Shown here: in pieces, positions 1 to 9,590 of the stretch
Layout: each line of letters opens with the position of its first letter
Numbering within the stretch: position 1 is the stretch's first letter
Source: Eubacterium sp. CAG:274
GTDB taxonomy: Bacteria; Bacillota; Clostridia; Lachnospirales; CAG-274
NCBI GenBank assembly: GCA_000432155.1
Contig: FR888502.1
Location: 16,614-80,613 of the forward strand
DNA: 64,000 nucleotides
Direction of reading: 5' to 3'
Translations under genes and position numbers: made by a program
The notes under the pieces: generated by a model
Seen by the model: only the letters and a program-made list of their open reading frames with translations
Told to the model about the DNA's origin: nothing
Database searches by the model: none

Positions 1-366
1 AGGCGTAATGTGCCACAGATTTTGTCTATGGTCGGTTTAGGTAAAAAGGCTAAGGCTTATCCAAACCAGCTTTCTGGTGGCGAACAGCAGAGAGTAGCTC
101 TTGCAAGAGCTATTATCAATAGACCTCCGATACTTTTGGCAGACGAACCTACTGGTAACCTTGACCCAGATACTGCTTGGGATATTATGGAACTTATTCA
201 GGAAATAAATAGAAATGGTACTACTGTTGTTATATCAACACACGCAAAGGAAATTGTAGACAAAATGCAAAAGCGTGTTATAAAGATTAACAAGGGCGTA
301 GTATTAAATGATGTTGAGGGTGGTGGATATAACAATGAAGCTTCGAACATGGAAATATTATATTAG
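1..366 (+). CDS. ftsE: Cell-division ABC transporter ATP-binding protein FtsE (5'-truncated at the window edge)
   Basis: ABC signature [14 protein letters not shown] and Walker [13 protein letters not shown] in the translation. The gene sits immediately upstream of an FtsX-like permease. Confidence 0.9.
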   Translation, partial: RRNVPQILSMVGLGKKAKAYPNQLSGGEQQRVALARAIINRPPILLADEPTGNLDPDTAWDIMELIQEINRNGTTVVISTHAKEIVDKMQKRVIKINKGVVLNDVEGGGYNNEASNMEILY

Positions 367-1537
367 TCAGGGCTTTAGAGGTGTATTCAAAAATGGACTT
401 ATGTCTGCAGCCTCAATTATTATAGTTAGTGCCTGTGTATTTACAGTTATTCTTTCTCTTAGTATTATGGTTAATGTTGACTATGTATTAAATCAGATTG
501 AGTCTAATGTAGGTGTTACAGTTTTCTTAGGCAATAAGCCTACAGATGCGCAGGTAAAAGTCTTGCAAAAGAAAATAGAAGAAATGCCTAATGTAACAAA
601 GGTTACATACATTTCCCAACAAGGTGCTTTGGAAAAAGCAAAGAAAATGTGGGATACTGATACACTTGACGGCTTGAAAGAGGATAATCCTTTCCCTAGG
701 TCTTTAGATGTACAGGTATCTGGCATAAGTCATCAGAAAGATGTAATTGCAAGAATAACTAAATTACAACAGGAATTTGAGAACCAGATAGTAAATGGCG
801 AGGTTGAAACAGTAGCAGAAACAACTACTATTGACCCAGCTCAGGCAGCTAAAGCAGCAGTAAATAATGCTGTTAAGGAGGCAGGTTCTCAGCCAACAAC
901 TACTAAGACAGCTCTCTTAGATAAATTAACAGGAACTGTTGAAGTACAGGCAGAGGGAACTTCTGCAACACCAGTAACTGAGGGCTTACCTACACCAGCT
1001 ACTATTCAGCAGGAAAATAATGAACCTGTTACAGTAAATAATGCACCTAAAATTGGTGATGCCGATTATGAGTATCAGGGAATTGAGTCAATTCGCCACG
1101 CACAGCAGTTGACAGATACTCTTATGGCTATTGATGCAATATTTAAAATAGTATCAGTTGTTATTATTGCAATTCTTGCAATTATCTCTATTGGTATTAT
1201 TATGAATACAATTAAACTTACAGTTTTCATTAGAAAAAATGAAATTGGTATTATGAAGTATGTCGGTGCTACAGACTGGTTTATACGCTGGCCTTTCATT
1301 GTAGAGGGTGTTATAATTGGTCTTATTGGTGCTGCTATTCCATCAGTTATTTCATGGCTTAGCTATGATAGAATTGTAGACTACTTCAATACTCACATAA
1401 GCGTGTTAAATACTCTTGTGTCATTAAAGAGTGGTAGTGAAATATTCATAGTAACAATACCAGTTGCACTTTTAGTTGGTGCATTATTGGGTGCTGTGGG
1501 AAGTATAACTTCTGTAAGAAAGCACCTTAGAGTATAA
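335..1537 (+). CDS. ftsX: Cell-division permease-like protein FtsX, with a large low-complexity extracellular loop
   Basis: I place the start at the internal ATG ([16 protein letters not shown]) rather than at 308. That start matches the FtsX N-terminus and overlaps the ftsE stop, as is typical. The product has 4 TM helices at the C-terminus. Confidence 0.85.
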   Translation: MKLRTWKYYISQGFRGVFKNGLMSAASIIIVSACVFTVILSLSIMVNVDYVLNQIESNVGVTVFLGNKPTDAQVKVLQKKIEEMPNVTKVTYISQQGALEKAKKMWDTDTLDGLKEDNPFPRSLDVQVSGISHQKDVIARITKLQQEFENQIVNGEVETVAETTTIDPAQAAKAAVNNAVKEAGSQPTTTKTALLDKLTGTVEVQAEGTSATPVTEGLPTPATIQQENNEPVTVNNAPKIGDADYEYQGIESIRHAQQLTDTLMAIDAIFKIVSVVIIAILAIISIGIIMNTIKLTVFIRKNEIGIMKYVGATDWFIRWPFIVEGVIIGLIGAAIPSVISWLSYDRIVDYFNTHISVLNTLVSLKSGSEIFIVTIPVALLVGALLGAVGSITSVRKHLRV

Positions 1538-1627
1538 AAAGTTTGCCGTTATAACGGTGTGTTTTTTGGGGGAATAGTCATATTTTTATGTATGATGTTT
1601 TCCCCTTTAGTTATGGAGTGAAAATTT

Positions 1628-2947
1628 ATGTTAAAAAAATTGGTATCGGGATTATTGACAGTATCTCTTACATTGGCTTTTGTTGGTGTAGCAGATGCAG
1701 CGTCAGTATCTCAGTTACAGAAACAGAGTTCGGCATTTAAAAATAAGATAAGCTCTGTTCAAAGTCAGATTAATTCCACAAAACAGCAGAAAGCCTCTAC
1801 TCAGTCAGAAATTCAGGAGCTTGATAGACAGCTTGCATCTGTTCAGGCTGAGATTACACAGCTTAATACAAAAATTCAGGAAACAACTGCTAACCTTAAT
1901 AAATCTCAGCAGGAACTTAAAGAGGCTATTGCTACAAGAGAGGCTCACTACAATACTCTTAAAAAGCGTATTAGAGTAATGTATGAGTATGGTAATAGTG
2001 GTTATCTTGAGGCACTTTTGTCTTCAGATAATTTCTCTGATTTTATAACTCGTCTTGAGTATACTAACAAACTTGTAGAATACGATAACAAGGTTCTTAA
2101 AGATTATACTCATTCAGAAGAAGTAATAGCTACAAATGTTAAGACTATTGCGAAGGATAAGAAACAAATAGAGGATATGAAGGCTGAACAGGCTAAGAAA
2201 CAGCAGATTTTGGATAACAATATTGCTAGAAAAAATCAGATTGTAAAACAGCTTGATTCTAACCAAAGTACTTATGAGGCACAGATTGCCGACTTACAGC
2301 AACAGGATGCCAATGTTCAGGCACTTATTCAAAAAGCAGAGGCAGAGGCAAAGGCTAGAGAGGCAGCAGCAGCCAAGGCAAAGGCTGATGCAGCAGCAAA
2401 AGCTAAGGCGGCTGCACAGGCAGCAAAGGCTAAGAGTAGCTCAAGCTCAAGGACAAAATCAAGTACAAGGTCTAAGTCATCAAGCTATAATACTGGCTCA
2501 AGTAATACATCTGGTGGCTCAAGCTCTGCTACTGTATATAGTAGTAATGGTAAGCATTATCAGTACCCAATTCCAGCTTATAATGGCTATAAGCCAAACT
2601 CTGGATATGGTTACAGGTCATCACCTATTGCCGGTGGTACAGAGTTCCACACAGGTGTTGACTTAAAGGCTACACTTAACACAGATGTAATCGCCGCTGA
2701 AAGTGGTACAGTTATTTATGCTGGTTGGAGAGGTGGCTATGGTAAGTGTGTTATTATTGACCATGGCGGTGGATATAGTACACTTTACGCACACAACAAT
2801 GTATTAAAGGTTTCTGTTGGTCAGACTGTTCAAAGAGGACAGGTTATTGCTGGTGCAGGTACAACTGGTTATTCTACAGGTGTTCATTCTCACTTTGAAG
2901 TAAGAATAAATGGTCAGCATACAAATCCAACAGGTTATATTTATTAA
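1628..2947 (+). CDS. Coiled-coil M23 family peptidoglycan endopeptidase (EnvC/PcsB-like partner of FtsEX)
   Basis: Signal peptide, then a long Q/K/E-rich coiled coil and an Ala/Ser-rich linker. The C-terminal M23 domain has HTGVD and HSHFE motifs. Confidence 0.85.
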   Translation: MLKKLVSGLLTVSLTLAFVGVADAASVSQLQKQSSAFKNKISSVQSQINSTKQQKASTQSEIQELDRQLASVQAEITQLNTKIQETTANLNKSQQELKEAIATREAHYNTLKKRIRVMYEYGNSGYLEALLSSDNFSDFITRLEYTNKLVEYDNKVLKDYTHSEEVIATNVKTIAKDKKQIEDMKAEQAKKQQILDNNIARKNQIVKQLDSNQSTYEAQIADLQQQDANVQALIQKAEAEAKAREAAAAKAKADAAAKAKAAAQAAKAKSSSSSRTKSSTRSKSSSYNTGSSNTSGGSSSATVYSSNGKHYQYPIPAYNGYKPNSGYGYRSSPIAGGTEFHTGVDLKATLNTDVIAAESGTVIYAGWRGGYGKCVIIDHGGGYSTLYAHNNVLKVSVGQTVQRGQVIAGAGTTGYSTGVHSHFEVRINGQHTNPTGYIY

Positions 2948-2952
2948 TATTT

Positions 2953-2990
2953 GGGGACACAGGGCAAATGCCTTGTGTCCCTTTTTTGTT
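2953..2990 (+). terminator. Intrinsic terminator after the M23 peptidase gene
   Basis: GGGACACAGGG-N7-CCTTGTGTCCC stem followed by a T-run. Confidence 0.6.
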
Positions 2991-3039
2991 ATAAAATTTT
3001 TAAGAAAACTTGAATTTAACTGGCATTTAATGTTTTTAC

Positions 3040-3068
3040 TTGTAAATATTGAAAAATTGTACTATAAT
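3040..3068 (+). promoter_or_regulatory. Sigma-A-type promoter (TTGTAA-17-TATAAT)
   Basis: -35 TTGTAA, 17-nt spacer and a perfect -10 TATAAT lie about 80 nt upstream of the 3149 start. Confidence 0.35.
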
Positions 3069-3148
3069 ATACTTTAATTAAAAGTGTGTGTAAATTTATA
3101 GTTAATGAGTTTTTGTGCCTTAGTTACAAAGACAAGAGGAGTTTTTTT

Positions 3149-5347
3149 ATGAACAATAAACTTATACTAAATATAGTAATTGTGTATTTTGTAATTTTAA
3201 GTATAGTGCTTGTATTTCAGATTTCAAAGAAAAAAGATGACATTTCAGCACCTACTACTTCAAATCAGGTTACATCAGAGGATAGACTTGATAACGCAGT
3301 TGTTTTCAATTTAGGAAGTCCTGTAATTTTAGTAAACAAAAAGCAGACCCTTTTGGAAAAAACTGATTCATCACAAGTACCTGTTGTTAAGGGCGAGAAT
3401 GTTTATGTGCCTTTAAGTTTCTTTAAAACAGCTTATGGTGCTAGTGTAACAGGAGATGCAAATGCTCCAAGTGCAACAATAAGAATGAACAACAAAGCAC
3501 TTGTTATGGATAGCGAAAATGCTAGTATTGTTGATAACACAAGGGAAAAGAAATTAGATTATAATATAAAGATTTTTGCGGATAAGGGCGTTGACTATGT
3601 TCCAATAACTGTTTTTGCTAATGCCTTTAATAAATATCTTTATTATTATAATGGTATGGTTATTGTATCTAATCAGGAAAATGCTTTTACAAATGAAGAA
3701 AGCACAGAGTTTATACAGAATTTAAGAACACAGGTTAATGACTTGCCTTATGTTGCTACAGAGGAAAATTTAAGGGAAATTACTAATACAAGTGACAAAG
3801 ATGAACTTATTGATAAAATTGGACAGGCTGTTGGTAACAATAGTCAGAACAATGATAACATCAATGTAGCAGGACTTTTACAAAAGGACAGAGAAGACCT
3901 TATTAAAAGCGATGATACTTATATGTATTGTGCTACAGATGAAAGTGTAAATATTTTAGATTATACTAATGGCTTAAAGCATATTTCTGCTATTAAGTTA
4001 GATGCAGGATTTAAGCCACAGAAAATAGAATTGGAAAATAATACACTTGTTGTTGTAGGTAATTTAAAGGAAAACAATAGTGAAGTAGAAACTGGAGAAG
4101 ATTCTCAAAGGGACCCAGATACAGAAAAGGCTATTGTTTATGTTTATGATGTAACAAATGTAAATGCACCTACTCAGAAAAGAAAGGTTGCTGTAGATGG
4201 ATATGCTGTAGACACATCATTTGAAGGAGATTTTGTGTACTTAGTTGCTAATTCATCAGTATTTGATAATTACAAAGAGGGTCATTTTGTTGCACCATCT
4301 TATACAGATAGTGCCAATGGCGATGCTGTTACTATAATGGACTTTAGCAATATGCAGTATTTCCCTGAAATGGGTGGGGATAGCTACACAGTTGTTATGG
4401 CTATTAATATAGCAGATACAAAACAAGCTACTTCAGCAAAATCTTTCCTTTGTGCTGGAGATAATATATCATTGTTTGGCAGTAATCTATATGTTGCCAA
4501 AAATAGATATACAGCTTTTGATAGTTCAGATAAAACAGAAAATACTAGAATTTATAGATTTTCACTTGCCAATGGGGAATTTACAAGAAATGCCTATGGT
4601 GAGGTAAAGGGACACCCTGTTGATAACCATTCTATAGACGAAAATAATGGTTATGTAAGGGTTGTAACAAGTAATGTTGAGGGCAAAGAAAAGAAGATTG
4701 TAAATAGTGTTTATGTTTTAAACAACAATATGGAAATAAGTGGAGAGGCTACAAAGGTGGCAAATAATGCAAATATTAGTTCTGTTATTTTAACAGAAGA
4801 TAAAATTTATTTAACACCAAAGGAAAAAGGCGAACCAATTTATACAGTCGATATGTCTAATCCACTTAATCCATCAGGTAACGGTATATTGAAATTGTCA
4901 GACGGTAACATTATGCTTTATCCTTACGGAGAAGACCAAATCGTGACTGTTGATAATGGTGGGGATAAGCTCAAGATTAATGCTTTTGATATTTCAAGCA
5001 AGGATAATCCTAAACTCCTCTATAGTCAGGAATTAGGTGGAAGTAATATTTCTTCTTCTGTATTTGAAAATCCACAGGCATTTATGTTTGATACAGAAAA
5101 GAATATATTTGTATTGCCAGTTACTATTAAATCAGAAGAAGATGGCAGTGTAACATTTAATGGGGCGTATATTTATAGTATCTATATGGACGAAGGTTTT
5201 GAAAGACTTGGAGCTTTCTCAACAGAAGGAAATATAGAAACTATATTTAAGAAAAAAGGTAAACTCTACTGTGTAACCAACAGAGGTATCAGTCAAGGTA
5301 CTTTTGCTGAACCAGATAAAATGGTAGGGGTTAAATTTATTAATTAA
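3149..5347 (+). CDS. Secreted or membrane-anchored protein with copper-amine-oxidase-N-like stalk repeats and a beta-propeller-like body
   Basis: I place the start at the ATG after the AAGAGGAG RBS (MNNKLILNIV..., TM anchor). Motifs YVPLSFFKTAYGASV and DYVPITVFANAFN are typical of the CAO-N fold. A long Asn/Asp/Thr-rich beta-rich region follows. Confidence 0.5.
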   Translation: MNNKLILNIVIVYFVILSIVLVFQISKKKDDISAPTTSNQVTSEDRLDNAVVFNLGSPVILVNKKQTLLEKTDSSQVPVVKGENVYVPLSFFKTAYGASVTGDANAPSATIRMNNKALVMDSENASIVDNTREKKLDYNIKIFADKGVDYVPITVFANAFNKYLYYYNGMVIVSNQENAFTNEESTEFIQNLRTQVNDLPYVATEENLREITNTSDKDELIDKIGQAVGNNSQNNDNINVAGLLQKDREDLIKSDDTYMYCATDESVNILDYTNGLKHISAIKLDAGFKPQKIELENNTLVVVGNLKENNSEVETGEDSQRDPDTEKAIVYVYDVTNVNAPTQKRKVAVDGYAVDTSFEGDFVYLVANSSVFDNYKEGHFVAPSYTDSANGDAVTIMDFSNMQYFPEMGGDSYTVVMAINIADTKQATSAKSFLCAGDNISLFGSNLYVAKNRYTAFDSSDKTENTRIYRFSLANGEFTRNAYGEVKGHPVDNHSIDENNGYVRVVTSNVEGKEKKIVNSVYVLNNNMEISGEATKVANNANISSVILTEDKIYLTPKEKGEPIYTVDMSNPLNPSGNGILKLSDGNIMLYPYGEDQIVTVDNGGDKLKINAFDISSKDNPKLLYSQELGGSNISSSVFENPQAFMFDTEKNIFVLPVTIKSEEDGSVTFNGAYIYSIYMDEGFERLGAFSTEGNIETIFKKKGKLYCVTNRGISQGTFAEPDKMVGVKFIN

Positions 5348-5358
5348 AATAGCATTGG

Positions 5359-5386
5359 GGCTGTGAGTAACATCACAGCCTTTTTG
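5359..5386 (+). terminator. Intrinsic terminator abutting the cobT RBS
   Basis: GGCTGTGA-gtaaca-TCACAGCC followed by TTTTTG. cobT ATG is 13 nt downstream. Confidence 0.5.
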
Positions 5387-5399
5387 TTTAGGAGAAACT

Positions 5400-6431
5400 A
5401 TGTATAATTTTGAAAAAACAGATGACAATATAAAAAAACTTGCAAAAAAGAAATGGGATTCTATTGCAAAACCTATTGATTCTTTAGGGGAATTTGAAAA
5501 TTTATTTATAAAAATATCAGCTATAAAGGAAAATATTGATTTTAGTATTAAAAATAAAACAATGGTTGTATTTTGTAGTGACAATGGTGTAGTGGCTGAG
5601 GGTGTTACGCAAACTGACAGCTCTGTTACAACTATTGTGGCAAACAATATTCCTAAGGGGGTAGCTACTATTAGTAAATTATCAAGTGCTTGTGGGGCAA
5701 AGGCAATAGCTGTTGATGTAGGTATTAATGTAGATACCCCACAGGGAGTTTTAAACTACAAGGTTTCAAAAGGCACTAATAATATTGCAAATAGACAGGC
5801 TATGACAAAAGAACAAATGATGCAGGCTATAAATGCAGGTATTGATGTAGTCAAAAATTTAAAAGATAAAACGGATATTATTGGTCTTGGAGAAATGGGC
5901 ATTGGCAATACTACTACTACTTCAGCCGTAGCATCTGTACTTCTTGATATTCCAGTAGAACAGGCTACAGGTAAAGGTGCTGGACTTACAAGTGCCGGAT
6001 TGGAAAGAAAAATAAATGTAATAAAAAAGGCTATAGAAGTCAATAAACCTAATTCTAAAGACCCTCTTGATGTTCTTATGAAGTTAGGTGGTTACGATAT
6101 TTGTGCTATGACTGGTGCATTTTTAGGCGGTGGAATGTATAAAATACCTATAGTAATAGATGGCGTAATTGCCTGTCTTAGTGCTTATATTGCCTGTCTT
6201 ATAAATCCTAATACTATTGACTATATTTTACCATCACATATGGGTAGAGAACCTGTGGCAAGGGTTTTACTTGAAAAAATGAATTTAAAGCCTGTAATAT
6301 ATGGAAATATGGCTTTAGGCGAGGGTAGTGGTGCTGTAATGCTTTTTCCTTTGCTTGATATGGCAATGGCACTTTATAACAATGTAACATTTGAAGAAAT
6401 AGAAATGAAGCCCTATGAAAGGTTGGTATAA
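5400..6431 (+). CDS. cobT: Nicotinate-nucleotide--dimethylbenzimidazole phosphoribosyltransferase
   Basis: GEMGIGNTTTTSA motif and full-length CobT architecture. Confidence 0.9.
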   Translation: MYNFEKTDDNIKKLAKKKWDSIAKPIDSLGEFENLFIKISAIKENIDFSIKNKTMVVFCSDNGVVAEGVTQTDSSVTTIVANNIPKGVATISKLSSACGAKAIAVDVGINVDTPQGVLNYKVSKGTNNIANRQAMTKEQMMQAINAGIDVVKNLKDKTDIIGLGEMGIGNTTTTSAVASVLLDIPVEQATGKGAGLTSAGLERKINVIKKAIEVNKPNSKDPLDVLMKLGGYDICAMTGAFLGGGMYKIPIVIDGVIACLSAYIACLINPNTIDYILPSHMGREPVARVLLEKMNLKPVIYGNMALGEGSGAVMLFPLLDMAMALYNNVTFEEIEMKPYERLV

Positions 6432-6946
6432 TGCTTACACTTATTATAGGAGGAAGTGGCTCTGGCAAAAGTAGTTTTGGAGAAGAACTGGCACAAAAAA
6501 GTAATTCCAAACTGTACTATCTTGCTACAATGATTCCCTATGGCGATGAGGGAAAAAGGCGTGTTGAAAGACATTTGAAACTTAGAAAAGGCAAAGGTTT
6601 TGAAACTATTGAGGAATATATGGATATTGGAAATATTGACATACCCTATGGCTCTTGTGTGTTACTAGAAGATTTGCCTAATTTAGTAGCAAATAATATG
6701 TTTACAAAAAATCCACAAAAAGATATAAATATGTTTATTGTAAATGGAATAGTACAGTTGTATAATAAAGTAGAAAATATGATAATAATAACAGGTGATG
6801 TTTTCTCAGATGGAGAAAAATATGATAGCCTGACTAATAAGTATATTAGAATTTTGGCAAGCATAAATAACGCTGTTGCAGAAAAAGCTGACAGAGTTTA
6901 TGAAGTGGTTTGTGGAATAGATATACTTTTAAAGAGGGAGGAATAA
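6431..6946 (+). CDS. cobU: Adenosylcobinamide kinase / adenosylcobinamide-phosphate guanylyltransferase
   Basis: P-loop GGSGSGKSS at the N-terminus; aligns over the whole length with CobU/CobP. Confidence 0.85.
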   Translation: MLTLIIGGSGSGKSSFGEELAQKSNSKLYYLATMIPYGDEGKRRVERHLKLRKGKGFETIEEYMDIGNIDIPYGSCVLLEDLPNLVANNMFTKNPQKDINMFIVNGIVQLYNKVENMIIITGDVFSDGEKYDSLTNKYIRILASINNAVAEKADRVYEVVCGIDILLKREE

Positions 6947-6948
6947 AA

Positions 6949-7716
6949 TTGGGTGCTTTAAGAAGTCTTATAATTTGTTTTGCAGTATTTAGTAAAATAC
7001 CTATGCCCTATATAGATTGGGAAAAGAAGGATATGAAATATATCTTTTGCTTTTTGCCTTTAGTAGGTGTCGTAATGGGTGCTTTATTTATAGGCTTAAA
7101 TTTGTTAGCACAACGATTTAATGTACCAGAAACTGCTTTTGGTATTATATCCTTTGCTGTTGCTATGTTGCTTGTAAATGGTGGTATACATATGGACGGC
7201 TTTATGGATACTATAGATGCCCTTAGCTCTCATAAATCAAGAGATGATAAAATTAGAATATTAGATGACCCTCATACAGGAGCATTTGCAATTATATATG
7301 CTATTTTTTATGTTCTTATTACCGCCTATATTTTAGGTACTGTTGATAACTTAGCTGAGGCTGTTTATATGGCTATTGTTTTTGTGTTTACAAGAGCCTT
7401 AGTAGGTATTGTGGCTATGAGTGAGGACCTTGCTAAAAATAGTGGTATGTTATACACTTTTGTTTCTAGTGCAAACAAGTTTGTTACAGCTGTTATTTGT
7501 GTTGTATGGCTTATTGCTAGTATTTCTGTAATGGAGATTTTAGCTCCTGTTCGTTCTATTATTACCCTTGGTGTTGTATTTATATTTGTAATGCTTTTCC
7601 AAAATATGAATAGAAAACATTTTGGTGGTATTAGTGGGGATTTAATGGGCTTTTTTATCTGTGTTGTTGAGTTTATATGCTTTTTAATTATGGGTATAGG
7701 TGATTTTATTTGTTGA
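6949..7716 (+). CDS. cobS: Adenosylcobinamide-GDP ribazoletransferase (cobalamin synthase)
   Basis: Multi-TM protein with CobS-like N-terminus LGALRSLIICFAVFSKIPMP. A TTG start 7 nt after an AGGGAGGAA RBS avoids a long overlap with cobU. Confidence 0.8.
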   Translation: MGALRSLIICFAVFSKIPMPYIDWEKKDMKYIFCFLPLVGVVMGALFIGLNLLAQRFNVPETAFGIISFAVAMLLVNGGIHMDGFMDTIDALSSHKSRDDKIRILDDPHTGAFAIIYAIFYVLITAYILGTVDNLAEAVYMAIVFVFTRALVGIVAMSEDLAKNSGMLYTFVSSANKFVTAVICVVWLIASISVMEILAPVRSIITLGVVFIFVMLFQNMNRKHFGGISGDLMGFFICVVEFICFLIMGIGDFIC

Positions 7717-8072
7717 AATTGTTTATAGGTGGAAATTCTCAAGGTCATAATGACTTGGCAATAAAAGCATATAATGGTATAATAGCTGATGGAAAAGAAG
7801 ATAGCATTGAAAGCATTGAAAATGCAGATGTTATTGTTAATTATCACGAGTTTGTCAGAAAAATAATGGAAAATGGAAAAGACCCTTTGGAATTTTCTCA
7901 AAATATTAATGCAAAGGCTGTTGCCTGCGATGAAGTAGGCTGTGGCGTTGTGCCTATGGATAAAAAGCAGATTTTATACAGAGAGGCTGTAGGCAGAAGT
8001 TGCTGTATATTGGCAGAAAGAGCAGAGAGAGTTACTCGTGTTATTTGTGGAATCGGAGTGATTATTAAATGA
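7710..8072 (+). CDS. CobU-like protein with a degenerate P-loop (truncated paralog)
   Basis: The C-terminal 50 aa (CDEVGCGVVPMDKKQILYREAVGRSCCILAERAERVTRVICGIGVIIK) align with the CobU C-terminus. The N-terminus reads FIGGNSQGHND in place of a GxxGxGKS Walker A. Confidence 0.5.
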   Translation: MLKLFIGGNSQGHNDLAIKAYNGIIADGKEDSIESIENADVIVNYHEFVRKIMENGKDPLEFSQNINAKAVACDEVGCGVVPMDKKQILYREAVGRSCCILAERAERVTRVICGIGVIIK

Positions 8073-8638
8073 AAATTACTTTAATAAGACATGGCAGAAC
8101 AATAGGCAATGTAAAAGGCTGTTTTAACGGAGTAACAAATGACCCCCTTTGTGATGAGGGTGTGGAAACAATAAAGGAGTATGTGGAAAAAGGCATTTAT
8201 CCGGAAGTAGGAATAGTTGTTTCAAGTCCACTAAAAAGGTGTTTGCAGACTTCTAACTTGATTTATCCTCAACATAAGCCTATAGTTGTGGATAATTTAA
8301 GAGAAATCAATTTTGGGGATTTTGAAAACAAGACTCATTTGCAACTTGAAAATAACCCAGACTACATACGCTGGATAAAGTCTAATGGCACAAGTGATAT
8401 TCCTAATGGAGAGAGTTTTAAGGCTTTTACAGACAGATGTGTAAAGGGTTTTAAAGAGGCTGTAGATGTATCTAAAAATAGTGTAAATTCAGCTTTTGTA
8501 ATTCATGGTGGAACTATGATGGCATTACTTACAGCTCTTACTGGAGAGAACTTTTACACAACTGTGCCTAAAAATGGCTTAGGTTTTGTTATTAACTGGG
8601 AAAATAATGAAGTAAAGGATTTAAAAACTTTGGTGTAA
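8069..8638 (+). CDS. cobC: Alpha-ribazole phosphatase (histidine phosphatase family)
   Basis: Phosphoglycerate-mutase-family RHG motif (LIRHGRT); located inside the cob cluster. Confidence 0.75.
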   Translation: MKITLIRHGRTIGNVKGCFNGVTNDPLCDEGVETIKEYVEKGIYPEVGIVVSSPLKRCLQTSNLIYPQHKPIVVDNLREINFGDFENKTHLQLENNPDYIRWIKSNGTSDIPNGESFKAFTDRCVKGFKEAVDVSKNSVNSAFVIHGGTMMALLTALTGENFYTTVPKNGLGFVINWENNEVKDLKTLV

Positions 8639-8640
8639 TT

Positions 8641-9588
8641 ATGGATATTCTTTTGGGATTTATACTGGATACAATAATTGGCGACCCTTATAAACTGCCA
8701 CATCCTATTAGATGGATTGGCAGTTTTATTAGTATACTTGAAAAACTGTGTAGAAAAATTGCAAAAAGCAATACTATGCTTATGATACTGGGAGCAATAC
8801 TTGTTTTTATTGTTGTTTTTGTTTCTGGAGGTATTACATTATTGGTGCTTAAATTAGCCTCTTTCAATAAGTATGCCTATTTAATAGTTTCATCTGTTAT
8901 CTGTTACTATATGCTTGCCGGAAAGTCACTTAAAACAGAAAGTATGAAAGTTTATAAGGCTTTTGAAAACAATGATACAGAGGGTGCTAGAAAGGCTGTT
9001 TCAATGATAGTCGGCAGAGATACACAGTCTTTAACGAAAGAGGGTATTATAAAGGCAGCAGTAGAAACTGTGGCAGAAAATTCATCAGATGGTGTTGTTG
9101 CACCTTTGATTTATATGCTTATTTTTGGACCTGTTGGTGGAGTTGTTTATAAGGCTGTAAATACAATGGACTCTATGATAGGCTATGTAGAGGAAAAGTA
9201 TTTTTATATAGGTAAATTTGCTGCTAAATTAGATGATGTATTAAATTATATACCGGCTAGAATATCTGGAATATTGGTTATTATATCAGCTTTTATATTA
9301 AGATATGACTATAAAAATGCTTTTAGGATTTTTAAAAGAGATAGAAGAAAACACGCAAGTCCTAATTCAGCTCAAACAGAGTCAGCTATGGCAGGAGCTT
9401 TAGGTGTACAGCTTGCTGGCGATGCAACATATTTTGGTGTTGTTCATAAAAAGCCTTACATAGGGGATAAAAAAAGAGAAATAGAAAACGAAGACATAAA
9501 GAGAGCAAATGACATAATGTATACAATGACAATCATTTGTCTTGTAGTAGGTCTTGTAATAAGGAGTGTGGTAATGTGGCTAAAGTAA
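8641..9588 (+). CDS. cbiB: Adenosylcobinamide-phosphate synthase
   Basis: N-terminus [25 protein letters not shown] is characteristic of CbiB/CobD; membrane protein. Confidence 0.9.
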   Translation: MDILLGFILDTIIGDPYKLPHPIRWIGSFISILEKLCRKIAKSNTMLMILGAILVFIVVFVSGGITLLVLKLASFNKYAYLIVSSVICYYMLAGKSLKTESMKVYKAFENNDTEGARKAVSMIVGRDTQSLTKEGIIKAAVETVAENSSDGVVAPLIYMLIFGPVGGVVYKAVNTMDSMIGYVEEKYFYIGKFAAKLDDVLNYIPARISGILVIISAFILRYDYKNAFRIFKRDRRKHASPNSAQTESAMAGALGVQLAGDATYFGVVHKKPYIGDKKREIENEDIKRANDIMYTMTIICLVVGLVIRSVVMWLK

Positions 9589-9590
9589 TA

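Noticed and set aside
2253-2666. 137-aa ORF (Q/R-rich) inside the M23 peptidase gene
   Set aside because: It is an alternative frame of the Ala/Lys/Gln-rich coiled-coil and linker-coding region, which produces low-complexity artefacts. The M23 gene's own frame has a clear domain structure.
7365-7901. 178-aa minus-strand ORF over the cobS / cobU-like junction
   Set aside because: Antisense to two operon-embedded genes, with no RBS and an Ile/Phe-rich artefactual translation. Similar antisense ORFs at 5219-5647, 5756-6043, 6214-6510 and 10250-10549 were rejected for the same reason.
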